Source of the DNA: a virus | Taxonomy: Duplodnaviria; Caudoviricetes | DNA length: 56,836 nucleotides | Strand: one strand, 5' to 3' | Virus record (IMG/VR): IMGVR_UViG_3300037155_000015 | Span: 1 to 56,836 of that record | Shown: in pieces, positions 45,007 to 53,465 of the stretch | How positions within the stretch are numbered: position 1 is the first letter of the stretch | How the letters are laid out: each line of letters starts with the position of its first letter | Notes under the pieces: model-generated | Seen by the model: the letters and a program-made list of their open reading frames with translations, nothing else | Databases searched by the model: none | Told to the model about the DNA's origin: nothing | Made by a program: the position numbers and the translations under genes

Positions 45007-45057
45007 TGATAACCATCGGCTGTTGCGGTGAACCCGCAAAGCCTCAAACCGTTATCT
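45007..45057 (+). repeat. attC-7 (short)
   Basis: TGATAAC CATC GGCT-G-TTGCGG TGAAC CCGCAA AGCC TCAAACC GTTATCT. Confidence 0.8.
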
Positions 45058-45058
45058 G

Positions 45059-45277
45059 CTAATTGAACCCTTCGATAAATCTGCGCGCTTCCGACACTGA
45101 CGACAACATTCCTCCCATCATCATTTGCATTCCGAGATTTATTGCTATATGGCCTTTTGTCTCTTCATGCTTCCCTAAGTCGCTGAACATTGAAGTCAAT
45201 GCCTGCATTGGGTCGCCTGCATCGCAGTATTCCAACGCTCTTTTTTTACACCATGCCAAGTGTTCTGTTCGTGTCAT
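45059..45277 (-). CDS. Cassette 7: hypothetical protein
   Basis: MTRTEHLAWCKKRALEY; coupled ORF chain. Confidence 0.65.
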   Translation of the reverse strand: MTRTEHLAWCKKRALEYCDAGDPMQALTSMFSDLGKHEETKGHIAINLGMQMMMGGMLSSVSEARRFIEGFN

Positions 45278-45474
45278 TGAATTTCCCCACTGCCCTCTGC
45301 GAATACTTCAAAACCAAAGTGGGCACCGAGTACCGTTTGCCTTGCAGCATCGGCGCATTCATCCTCAGAAATAAATATCGCCAGTTCTTCACCGTCCATC
45401 ATCGGAGTAATAGTCCCGCGTTGCGTGGTCAGCATTGCAAAATAGTGTGTGTCCAGTTCTTGTTCGACCATCAT
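45274..45474 (-). CDS. Cassette 7: hypothetical protein
   Basis: AGGAG RBS; coupled to the next gene. Confidence 0.55.
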   Translation of the reverse strand: MMVEQELDTHYFAMLTTQRGTITPMMDGEELAIFISEDECADAARQTVLGAHFGFEVFAEGSGEIQ

Positions 45475-45483
45475 TCTACTCCT

Positions 45484-45732
45484 TTATCGTGCTCTCAGTT
45501 TTTCCAACTCTTCAAGGCAAACTCTGAACGCTTCGGCCCGCCCTGATTGCCAATCATCGTCATCATCGTTGTGGTCATATTGGTTGATTGCGTCTATCGC
45601 TTCCTGAATAACAGCTTGCCGTGTAGTATGAACTGTTTCCTTAAATGGAAATGGTTGCATCATACCACCACATCGGCACAATGGTTCCGGTGTAAATTGC
45701 TTTATCCTTCCGGTACAAAAATCTTCACTCAT
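45484..45732 (-). CDS. Cassette 7: hypothetical protein
   Basis: GGAGG RBS. Confidence 0.55.
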   Translation of the reverse strand: MSEDFCTGRIKQFTPEPLCRCGGMMQPFPFKETVHTTRQAVIQEAIDAINQYDHNDDDDDWQSGRAEAFRVCLEELEKLRAR

Positions 45733-45925
45733 TCGGCACCTCCGTTATCTTGCCTGTTTTGGCTATTTTGCAAGCAGGCCCATGCTTAAACCTGGCATCT
45801 CCAATGTATTGCCACTTCTGAACAACAATATTCCCATCATGGTCTGTGTGGTCATATTCAAAGCCAAGCCGCCTAAAAGTGGCGTATACCTCTTCTTGTG
45901 GCTCTTTCATATTTGAGGTTTCCAT
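45725..45925 (-). CDS. Cassette 7: hypothetical protein
   Basis: Part of an overlapping ORF chain. Confidence 0.5.
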   Translation of the reverse strand: METSNMKEPQEEVYATFRRLGFEYDHTDHDGNIVVQKWQYIGDARFKHGPACKIAKTGKITEVPNE

Positions 45926-46221
45926 CGGTCAACCTCATGGCAAAGCGCCATTTCTGTCGTCACACCATCAGCAACGTCACATTTTAACCATTGCTCAAAA
46001 CGGACGGACATTCTTTCGTCGCGCAGCGTGTGGGCATATTCTTGACATCCTGCAATAAAGGCTTCGCCCATCAACCACCGCTCCCTTTGAGTCAATTCGC
46101 CCGCAAGTACGCCGTAATTGCTATCAGCAAAGGCATCGGTCATGTCTTTAAGTTGCTTCTGCAATCTTTCAATATCCAGTAACAAATATTTCCGGCTGCT
46201 CGTTCTTCTGTCTAATGGCAT
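45907..46221 (-). CDS. Cassette 7: hypothetical protein
   Basis: Probable start MPLDRR with a TAATG overlap. Confidence 0.55.
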   Translation of the reverse strand: MPLDRRTSSRKYLLLDIERLQKQLKDMTDAFADSNYGVLAGELTQRERWLMGEAFIAGCQEYAHTLRDERMSVRFEQWLKCDVADGVTTEMALCHEVDRWKPQI

Positions 46222-46406
46222 TATTGACATTCCTCCTGATATTCGCAAAAGTCGCAATGTGTTCCGGGCTGATAATCTCCAAAGCATTCAGGACCGTCCT
46301 GTATTTCCTCGCTACAATCCGAGAAAAAGTAATTACCATGACATAACGGGCAGTCTGTGGCGGTCGTATCAGGATAACAATTCGGGCATTCCATCATTTC
46401 CTCCAC
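46221..46406 (-). CDS. Cassette 7: Cys-rich protein, paralog of 44597-44791
   Basis: CPNC...CPLCHG...PECFGDYQPG..CDFCEYQEEC. Confidence 0.65.
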   Translation of the reverse strand: MEEMMECPNCYPDTTATDCPLCHGNYFFSDCSEEIQDGPECFGDYQPGTHCDFCEYQEECQ

Positions 46407-46410
46407 CGCA

Positions 46411-46471
46411 CTATAACCAGTCGCGGCACACGGTCTGCGCTACCGCTTGCCGGTGCGCTTAGTCGTTATAC
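46411..46471 (+). repeat. attC-8
   Basis: Near-identical copy of the attC-1 core, bounded by CTATAAC and GTTATAC. Confidence 0.85.
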
Positions 46472-46753
46472 GAATAAAGTTTTACCCTCAGTGATTGCCG
46501 CTGAATCTTGCCGGTATTTTCCACGACAATCTATGATTTGCCGGTGAAGTGCTAAAGTTACAAGATCATCATCTTCAACAGAGAACACCCAGCAGAAGTT
46601 TTGCCACGGGGCATTTGCAGGTGGAGCGCCAGCGAAATGAACATCTTTGCAATAAGCAGCGACAATGCTACCGATTGCGGTCACAAACTCGCACCATTCA
46701 GATTGCGTCAGTTTGTCGTCTGAGTTGCCAATTTGAAGAGTAATTGTTTTCAT
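46466..46753 (-). CDS. Cassette 8: hypothetical protein
   Basis: MKTITLQIGNSDDKLTQSEW with a GAGG RBS; stop lies in attC-8. Confidence 0.7.
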   Translation of the reverse strand: MKTITLQIGNSDDKLTQSEWCEFVTAIGSIVAAYCKDVHFAGAPPANAPWQNFCWVFSVEDDDLVTLALHRQIIDCRGKYRQDSAAITEGKTLFV

Positions 46754-46798
46754 GTAACCTCTCTTTTGCCAGTAATTTATTGAACTCACGGAAACCTC

Positions 46799-46859
46799 GT
46801 ATAACCAGCGTTTCGACCCGACCGATAAGGCCGGACGGGTCAAACGCCAGCCGTTATGC
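46799..46859 (+). repeat. attC-9
   Basis: GTATAAC CA GCGTTT-C-GACCCG...CGGGTC AAACGC CAGCC GTTATGC. Confidence 0.9.
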
Positions 46860-46863
46860 GTCC

Positions 46864-47181
46864 CTACTCTGCCAGCGCATCGCCGATTGAGATAAGACAC
46901 CCCTCGCACAGTTTCGGTCCGCCGTGGTTCTCGAAACAGCCGGAGACCTTTGCGCGGAGTCGCTTGTTTTCTTCTGTCGCTGATTGAAAACTGTTTCCCC
47001 TGTCGCGTATCTGAATTTTTAGGCATCTGATCTCGGATTGTAGGTCTGATATCTCAGCCCTAAGCGCATCAGCAAGTTCTTGCCGTAGTCCATCGGCGGT
47101 TGCTTGGCATTTGTCGTGATATCTTGCACACGGGAAAGAGAATTTGCAGTGGCTTTCATTTTGTAACAATGGCATCGGCAT
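46864..47181 (-). CDS. Cassette 9: hypothetical coiled-coil/Cys protein
   Basis: AGGAG RBS before MPMPLLQ. Confidence 0.6.
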   Translation of the reverse strand: MPMPLLQNESHCKFSFPCARYHDKCQATADGLRQELADALRAEISDLQSEIRCLKIQIRDRGNSFQSATEENKRLRAKVSGCFENHGGPKLCEGCLISIGDALAE

Positions 47182-47202
47182 CGTTCTAATCTCCTGAATT
47201 TC

Positions 47203-47296
47203 GCATAACCACCGGCTAGACAACGACCGGGGTTAGTGCGCGTTGATATGAGTTTGTATGAGTTCGGCCCGGCGTGTCAGCCGGGACCCGTTATGC
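47203..47296 (+). repeat. attC-10 (long variable terminal structure)
   Basis: GCATAAC CA CCGGCT-A-GACA...CCGGG...CCCGG...TGTC AGCCGG GACCC GTTATGC. Confidence 0.85.
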
Positions 47297-47343
47297 CCAT
47301 CCTGCGGCGTGTCATTGCCCCTTGTAGGTGTAGCCGGGGCGGT

Positions 47344-47751
47344 TTATCCGTAAATGTCTTTGCGCTTCCGCTCTTCTTCGTCTGGCGGATTAAGGGAATT
47401 TCCCCCCGCGTAATCCGTCCCAAACTTATCATCGAGCATGGCGTAGAGTGCTTTTAACTGCTTCGCTGACTCTTCCAGGGTACAGAATGATTCCGGTATC
47501 TGCTTGGCGTTGTAGGGCTGGACCCCTTCGGGCCTGCGGTACGTCTGCGCCAAGGCAATTAAAATCTTGATAGTTGGGAAGGCATCACCCTCTACTGACT
47601 TGTCCAGAGCGAACTCGACCGCCTCAATGCTCCAGGCTTCCAGCTTCAGGTAGTAGATCGACAGTGATTGCTTCGGGACTTGCCGAAAGAACGCCGCCCC
47701 TACCACCGCCATCGCCACCGCAAACCGCTGCTGATCCTCTGTCCCTGTCAT
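47344..47751 (-). CDS. Replication accessory (helicase loader/inhibitor-like) protein
   Basis: Follows the initiator; YYLKLEAW...FPTI pattern. Confidence 0.5.
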   Translation of the reverse strand: MTGTEDQQRFAVAMAVVGAAFFRQVPKQSLSIYYLKLEAWSIEAVEFALDKSVEGDAFPTIKILIALAQTYRRPEGVQPYNAKQIPESFCTLEESAKQLKALYAMLDDKFGTDYAGGNSLNPPDEEERKRKDIYG

Positions 47752-48568
47752 AAATCACCATTTCCTTGACGAAATCACGCGCTGCCTCTTTGTTCTTTTC
47801 GATCTTTAGGTCTTCAAAGGTCTGGGCCTTGACCGGTAACAGCCCAATTTCATCCTCCCATCGTCGAGAACTTAACCATCCTTGCGCCATTTTGGGTGTC
47901 CTGCCTTGGCTTCTCAGTTCTAAGCGACCAGATGCCTCGCTTTTGGCCGCTTCGATGATCCTGGCTAAGATTTGGCCGCTAAGAGTCGGGATATCTAACC
48001 ATGAATCTGCGGCTTCCGCTTTACCGGTTTTATAGTCGAATGTTTTCCAGAAAAGTTCAAACGACTCCAATCTTTTGCCAGTCAACTTCCGACCCTTCTT
48101 TGAGAGATAAAAATCCCCTTGCGCTTCATCGCCAGATGAAGGAATGATTTTAGATTCTTTCTCTATCTCCTTCTCTATCTCTATCTCTATCTTTGCGCCG
48201 GATTTTTTTCCGGGTTTGTCCGGCGTGACTCCTGATTTTTTTGAATACTCGTCTCGGAATTTCAATAGGTTAGGGATTTTTATTTTTAGCTTTCCGATAA
48301 AATTAATGTTGTCATACTCCATTAGAATCAGAGTTTTTTCCGAAAAAACGGAGAAAAACATGGTAGTTTTGCGCGGAGTGCAGTGTAATTTCCGCGCCCA
48401 GGCTTTCAATGGATACGACAATTCGCACTTGTCGGAGGTGTCCATTTCGGCCCCAACGAGCTCAAGAAGTAGCCACCAAAACCCGTAACCTTCCAACCCG
48501 AATTGATGCATGATCTCTTCAAGTTTTTCATCGTTGTGTGATCTGGTTTGATGCTTATACCACCGCAT
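47624..48568 (-). CDS. Replication initiator-like protein (DUF4373/Lin1244-like N-terminus)
   Basis: MRWYKHQT...DEKL...GLEGYGFWWLLLE; C-domain FELFWKTF...QGWLSSRRWEDE. Confidence 0.75.
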   Translation of the reverse strand: MRWYKHQTRSHNDEKLEEIMHQFGLEGYGFWWLLLELVGAEMDTSDKCELSYPLKAWARKLHCTPRKTTMFFSVFSEKTLILMEYDNINFIGKLKIKIPNLLKFRDEYSKKSGVTPDKPGKKSGAKIEIEIEKEIEKESKIIPSSGDEAQGDFYLSKKGRKLTGKRLESFELFWKTFDYKTGKAEAADSWLDIPTLSGQILARIIEAAKSEASGRLELRSQGRTPKMAQGWLSSRRWEDEIGLLPVKAQTFEDLKIEKNKEAARDFVKEMVIYDRDRGSAAVCGGDGGGRGGVLSASPEAITVDLLPEAGSLEH

Positions 48569-48599
48569 GCGCCCACCTTTGCCATCGGCTGATTAAATT

Positions 48600-49325
48600 C
48601 TAAATTTCAGGTACTGACAGATATTCTTTGCCGTCCAGAGGACCGCCCTTGAACATGAAGGGAATCCCCGCCGCTGCCGCCTGATCGCGGAGAGATAACG
48701 CCCACTGAGGATCAAAAAGGCGCTTACCTGGGCCATTTTCAGGACCGGTGATGATCCATTTCGGGAGTACCGGCCAGATATCGAGGCAGAGGTTGAGAGG
48801 AGCAAGCATCGGTTCTGCCAGCACTCCGACATTCCAGCCCATTGTGGCGAGTTTGGCAGTCGTCGGATACCGCTTGTTCACCATCTCTTGATTTTCCATC
48901 GTGACCAGATAAATCACCTTCGGGAAATACATGTTGTGGCTCAACGGAGTATTCGGATTGTTCCAATACCGCAATATTTCACGCGGGCGCTTGGTGCAGA
49001 TGATGTGATAGTCGGATGTCTGCTTAATAATTTCGAAGAGCTTGTCGCGAAATACGTCCGTCACGCCTTCATGGAAAATGTCATTCCAGTACGTCCACAC
49101 TCGCGGCTTCCGGTGTAAACTCTTCGGTAAAATATCAGCCATGCGCTCGGGGTGTTCGGCAATGGTGCCGTCAAATGGTTTCCCTCCGTTGAAGCGCATC
49201 TGCATTGCCTCACTCCAGCAATTCAGACAGCCAGGAGATACCTTTGTGCAACCAGATATTAAAGTTTTGGAATGCGTCCAAAATTTCCCTTTCGGTAAAA
49301 CGTCCTGAAGTATTTCGTTGATCAT
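48600..49325 (-). CDS. DUF5131 (gp37/gp68-like) protein
   Basis: GCTKVSPGCLNCW, TKRP, EPML, WIITGPENG and GIPFMFK motifs. Confidence 0.85.
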   Translation of the reverse strand: MINEILQDVLPKGKFWTHSKTLISGCTKVSPGCLNCWSEAMQMRFNGGKPFDGTIAEHPERMADILPKSLHRKPRVWTYWNDIFHEGVTDVFRDKLFEIIKQTSDYHIICTKRPREILRYWNNPNTPLSHNMYFPKVIYLVTMENQEMVNKRYPTTAKLATMGWNVGVLAEPMLAPLNLCLDIWPVLPKWIITGPENGPGKRLFDPQWALSLRDQAAAAGIPFMFKGGPLDGKEYLSVPEI

Positions 49326-49503
49326 TTTGCGCCCTTTCCTTTACTGTGTTTCGGCAACGGCACCCCGGCATCAAGGCACCTGAACCGTCTATCGCAATTG
49401 TCGCAAATCGGATCACACGCACACACCCATTCACCGTTCACAGTTATATGCTTCACTCTCCCTCCCAAAAATCACCGCCGGCCGCTACACCGGCGGTGTA
49501 TGT

Positions 49504-49929
49504 TTAAAGCTCCTCAACCGTAATCAACACGCCCGGCCGGTCCCCATAGGATTTACTCAGTCGGCTTACGATTGCCACCTGGCTGTCATCCTTCCAAATT
49601 ACCCCCGTGAGGGCATCCTTGACGCAGCGCAGGAGTTTGTCCAAGTCCGGCTTCGAAGTATGATAGAGGGGTGCGTTCTGTTTGATGAGTGCCGCTTTGC
49701 TGCCGGTCCCGTAATGCCCTTTGAGCCTCGGCATGGTGAAAATGACCGAAATAGACACCGGACCGATAATGAGGGCGGATTTGTGCTGTGCCGCCGTGTA
49801 GCTGATAGCGGAAGCCCACGGTTTCTGCTTGGCGCCGTTGTCCTGGGTCACAATAGCGCGGCCCTTGACGACGAAGGCCTTGGCGCTTCCTTTGGGGACC
49901 GGAGTCCCCGCTACAAAGAAAGAAATCAC
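49504..49929 (-). CDS. rusA: RusA-family Holliday junction resolvase
   Basis: KPDLDKLLRCVKDALTGVIWKDDSQV. Confidence 0.9.
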   Translation of the reverse strand: MISFFVAGTPVPKGSAKAFVVKGRAIVTQDNGAKQKPWASAISYTAAQHKSALIIGPVSISVIFTMPRLKGHYGTGSKAALIKQNAPLYHTSKPDLDKLLRCVKDALTGVIWKDDSQVAIVSRLSKSYGDRPGVLITVEEL

Positions 49930-51161
49930 GCGAGATCACCGGGCAGTTCCGGCCAACCCTTGTCAGTCACCGGTTCAGCATCTGCCGGGTAAATATTAGG
50001 AAAGAGCTTATCGGCACACCACTGGGGGCATGCTTCGCCAGGTTGCTTTTCCCGGCAATCAGGGCAAAGACGGGTAACGGTTTCCTCTTCGTTGGGTCCG
50101 GACTCCAAGCGGCAAAACTGCTTAGCATTACAGGGGTCGGTACATTTCTCACAACATCCGTTGCAGTCGGGATGGGCAGATTCACAGGCCACACAATCAG
50201 GATTGAGCGTGGGAACCTCGGCGGCATGAGCGTCAATATTTTGGTCGATCTCGGCGAGGGATTGTTCCACGTCGGCTGCCACCTCTTCGCGCCCGCCGAA
50301 GAACTCAGCAACGTTCTCCTCGCTCTTCTTTTCAAAGTCGAACGACAGATGAAGTTCCGCGCCCTCAAGGGTTTTCTCTTCGACAACATCCCAAGTATCC
50401 AGCCGCCGCAGTTTCTTCACGCCCGTGGCATAATCGAATTCCCAGCGACAGTCAACCTGCTTCTCTTCCGTCCCGGTCATAATGATCTGCGCAATGGCAA
50501 TCATTTGCTCCTCGGTCTGGTCAATCACGGAGTTGCAGGACTTGGTAAACGCCTTCTTGTCCAGCTGGGTCCGCTGCCAGAGTTGGAAGAGCCGGGCCTG
50601 TTCTTTGCCATGTTCGGCCAGTTCATCTTCGGGCAATTCAACGGGGAGATGGTGGGTGAATGTGGCGCCAATCTTGTCCGGATCGCGGGAGACGAAAGAG
50701 GTCGGCAGTGACTCGGCAGCTATGGCGTCCATTTCCTCAGCCATTTCAACTTTAGAGTCGTCAACTAGTTCCCAGAATTCATCATCATCCTGATTTAACG
50801 GGTTGCCCGGGTGTATACACGAACCGCAAGGGGCGCTGATATGACAGGAGCAATTCCCGCCGTCGTAATCTGCGTTAAAACTGTCCCGGTCATTCTGCGC
50901 GGCTTCATTGAGTTGGCGGATCTCTTCCGGTTTTTCTACCTCTTTTGCGGCTACAGCAACTCCAAACAACTCGGCAACCGGGCCCTTGGTTGATTTCGCG
51001 TAACCCTCGGAAATCATCGACTGCTCACATACACGGCACCATAATTGATCATCGCGGAATTCACGCTCTGCCATCGGATGCTGGCAAATATCCTCCGCGC
51101 AGGATTCCGCTATCTGTGCCGCATCGTAAATGAAACTCTCGTCGGTACTCTTCTTTTTCAT
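49926..51161 (-). CDS. Acidic, Cys-rich mosaic hypothetical protein
   Basis: 411-aa ORF with CSCHISAPCGSC and other Cys clusters. Confidence 0.65.
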   Translation of the reverse strand: MKKKSTDESFIYDAAQIAESCAEDICQHPMAEREFRDDQLWCRVCEQSMISEGYAKSTKGPVAELFGVAVAAKEVEKPEEIRQLNEAAQNDRDSFNADYDGGNCSCHISAPCGSCIHPGNPLNQDDDEFWELVDDSKVEMAEEMDAIAAESLPTSFVSRDPDKIGATFTHHLPVELPEDELAEHGKEQARLFQLWQRTQLDKKAFTKSCNSVIDQTEEQMIAIAQIIMTGTEEKQVDCRWEFDYATGVKKLRRLDTWDVVEEKTLEGAELHLSFDFEKKSEENVAEFFGGREEVAADVEQSLAEIDQNIDAHAAEVPTLNPDCVACESAHPDCNGCCEKCTDPCNAKQFCRLESGPNEEETVTRLCPDCREKQPGEACPQWCADKLFPNIYPADAEPVTDKGWPELPGDLA

Positions 51162-51373
51162 GGTTTAATCTCCCTTACTTCGATTTCATATTTCGGAACG
51201 CCGTCAATTTCAACCGTGATGACATTGCCCGGCTCGATTTTATCAATGACCGCTTTCAATACATCTCCAGTCACGTCCTGCTTGCCGTCCAGAAAGGCGT
51301 TTCCGGGCTTATTAATTCTCCCGGCATAAATCCTTCCACTCAGGGCCGCACACGCGACAGTAATTTTGCTCAT
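51158..51373 (-). CDS. Hypothetical protein
   Basis: LSGRIYAGR...KQDVT; coupled. Confidence 0.65.
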   Translation of the reverse strand: MSKITVACAALSGRIYAGRINKPGNAFLDGKQDVTGDVLKAVIDKIEPGNVITVEIDGVPKYEIEVREIKP

Positions 51374-51585
51374 ACCGACACACGATCAATCAGGTAGCAG
51401 CCGCTGACCCCATTGAACCATGCAACAGCACAATGGCGGCCCAGAACTTCGGCGGGATGCCTGACGGTAGTTTCAACCGGCTCATCAACAAAATCCTTTT
51501 TAAGCATGACCGGCGTGCCAATAGGATATTTTGTATTGAAATCGTCGCACTCTTTTCGCAACTGTTTCAAGCTCGACTTCTTCAT
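51370..51585 (-). CDS. Hypothetical protein
   Basis: FNTKYPIGTPV...GVSGC; RBS present. Confidence 0.65.
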   Translation of the reverse strand: MKKSSLKQLRKECDDFNTKYPIGTPVMLKKDFVDEPVETTVRHPAEVLGRHCAVAWFNGVSGCYLIDRVSV

Positions 51586-51638
51586 TGTTCATTCTCCTTG
51601 GAATAATTTTTGGAATAATTTGTAGTGGGAATTAGCAG

Positions 51639-52571
51639 TTAATCGGGCGGCGGCTCGCCATGCTCACATTTCGGATTGTAACAATGGCCCTCAATTCGGA
51701 CCTTGCCGCAACCTTCGCCGGGGCAGAGGTCGGGGCCAGGTTCGGCAACCTTCGCCGCTTCGTTGATCTTGGCAACCTTCTCCGCGTTCCTGCTGGTCGG
51801 TTTATCCTCCTCGGTGATGAATGCCCTATCAACCGAAACGGTCCCTTCCTTGATTGCCGTGGCGATACCTTTGAGGATAGCCAGCTCATCGAGACCGATG
51901 TCCTCAACACCCTTGACACCCATGAATTCGTAGATTGTTTCCGGCGCCACGCTCAACTTCTGAAAGTAGGCCATCATGTCAGTGCGCTTCTTCGCCAGGG
52001 TCTTACTGTCGCCAATCGCTGTTTTCTTGGCGGCGTCATAAAGTCCTTGCCAGATTGCTTTCGGGATGCCTTGTAGCCGGGCGTTACGGACTGCTATCGA
52101 ACAGGCGGCATTCCCCGTTACGCCGATCATGTCAGCCTTGTACCGCTTGCCGTATTTGTCAGTGATTCCGCGCTGGACCTCAACGGTGATCGCCACGTTC
52201 TTTTCAAGGTCATGGAAAACGCCTTGTGCTTTCACGAACTGGCTATCCGCTCCCATTGGCCGAGAGCCTGAACGATTGTTCCCCCAGGACGAAGCGATGA
52301 TTTCGGAAAAACGGACGCTCGGCCCTTCAATGAACTTCTTCTTGCCGTTGTCATCCTTGCCACGCGGGAGAGCAAAGATGCAATCCGCGGCTATTTCCTC
52401 AGTGAGGGTCACAAGGTCCATGGCTTCCGCGTAGAACGCTTTGATGCTTCGGGGGTAGCGTTTGGCGGTCGATACCTGTTGATCGATCTCAGCGGTTGAT
52501 ATGATCGCCAGGGCCGTCAATTCATTCGGTGATTCTGTTACTATTTCTGCTTCAACCTTTTCCATGTCCAT
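51639..52571 (-). CDS. Probable ssDNA-annealing recombinase
   Basis: AEIDQQVSTAKRYPRS...IEGPSVRFSE; directly downstream of the exonuclease. Confidence 0.6.
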   Translation of the reverse strand: MDMEKVEAEIVTESPNELTALAIISTAEIDQQVSTAKRYPRSIKAFYAEAMDLVTLTEEIAADCIFALPRGKDDNGKKKFIEGPSVRFSEIIASSWGNNRSGSRPMGADSQFVKAQGVFHDLEKNVAITVEVQRGITDKYGKRYKADMIGVTGNAACSIAVRNARLQGIPKAIWQGLYDAAKKTAIGDSKTLAKKRTDMMAYFQKLSVAPETIYEFMGVKGVEDIGLDELAILKGIATAIKEGTVSVDRAFITEEDKPTSRNAEKVAKINEAAKVAEPGPDLCPGEGCGKVRIEGHCYNPKCEHGEPPPD

Positions 52572-52577
52572 CTCCTT

Positions 52578-53465
52578 TTAAATAATTTCTATCAAATCGT
52601 CAGGGGTCAATTCGTTCCAGTCATACAGCCCAACAGGAGGCGGGAAGTTCGGCCAGTAATCCTCACAGACCGACTGTTTGACCAGGCCAATGAGCCGCTT
52701 AACTTCAGCTTGTGCCGTTTCCGTCTTGTCCGGATCGCTGTAAAATGCCCGGACCTCGTATGGAGGGAACGCTTCACAAGCGATAAATCCGAACGCTACC
52801 GGGTCAAGGCCGCACTCCTCAGCCCCGTTCAGGTAGTGGCCGCTCTGAAGACGATAATTGAGCCCGCCATCCATTTCCCATTTCAGACCGGATATTTTGC
52901 GGCACTTCTTGAGGTCCCAGATGATTTTACCGTCCAGAATATCCAAGCGGGCCTTGCACGCCAGGCCGGAATCGGGGTCAATCCAGACGAGCGACACCTC
53001 TTTCTGCGACCGTTCCAGAATCGGCCCTACTTTCGGATGGGCACGGAGGGAATTGTCTACGCCGGTGAGCACCTTGGAAATATGGATCTTCTCCGGCCCG
53101 TAAGTGGGAGGTAACAGAACTTTGCCGGGATTCGCTTCTTGATATTCTGCCCGTTCCGCTGTCGCCTTGCCGCTCTTACCTTCGCATGATATGGGGAGAA
53201 TGAAGCACTCCGCATCAAGGCCGTCTTGCCCCTGCAAACTGTAGCTATGGATTCCTGTCCCAACATTCGCATCGTCTCCGGGGATGTACGGCTCTCTCGC
53301 TGTGGAGGGATTAGCGGCGTACCTTTTCAGGAGCGTGGAGCCGATGGCCGGCCAGGAATGATAGACGTGCGCGGGTATATCATAATAGATTCCAGGTGCG
53401 GGACATTCAACCGCTGCCGCTTTTACCGGAGCGGTTCCAAAGAGTTCGGAGAGTTCGTCGCTCAT
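52578..53465 (-). CDS. RecE/exonuclease VIII-like PD-(D/E)XK nuclease
   Basis: PGIYYDIP..YH, GTGIH, CKARLD...IWDLK and YRLQSGHY motifs. Confidence 0.85.
   Translation of the reverse strand: MSDELSELFGTAPVKAAAVECPAPGIYYDIPAHVYHSWPAIGSTLLKRYAANPSTAREPYIPGDDANVGTGIHSYSLQGQDGLDAECFILPISCEGKSGKATAERAEYQEANPGKVLLPPTYGPEKIHISKVLTGVDNSLRAHPKVGPILERSQKEVSLVWIDPDSGLACKARLDILDGKIIWDLKKCRKISGLKWEMDGGLNYRLQSGHYLNGAEECGLDPVAFGFIACEAFPPYEVRAFYSDPDKTETAQAEVKRLIGLVKQSVCEDYWPNFPPPVGLYDWNELTPDDLIEII

Larger units (their letters stand above)
40443..47296 (+). mobile_element. Integron-type cassette array lacking an integrase (CALIN-like): 10 attC sites, 9 cassettes
   Basis: Ten AAC...GTT imperfect hairpins with left-arm extrahelical bases; the flanks of each cassette are mutually complementary. 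Confidence 0.85.

Noticed and set aside
45058-46410. Additional hidden attC inside cassette 7
   Set aside because: Searched for because the cassette 7 flanks pair poorly; no AAC...GTT hairpin was found by eye.
46754-47026. N-terminal extensions of track ORFs that run into or through attC sites (46466..47026, 44778..45047, 43769..44371, 42946..43725, 46864..47223)
   Set aside because: Better RBS-associated or motif-consistent starts lie inside each cassette.
40443-47296. Hairpins read as simple terminators, REP elements or CRISPR repeats
   Set aside because: They lack U-tracts, have invariant AAC/GTT ends and asymmetric bulges, and show cross-site flank complementarity. Spacing is gene-sized.
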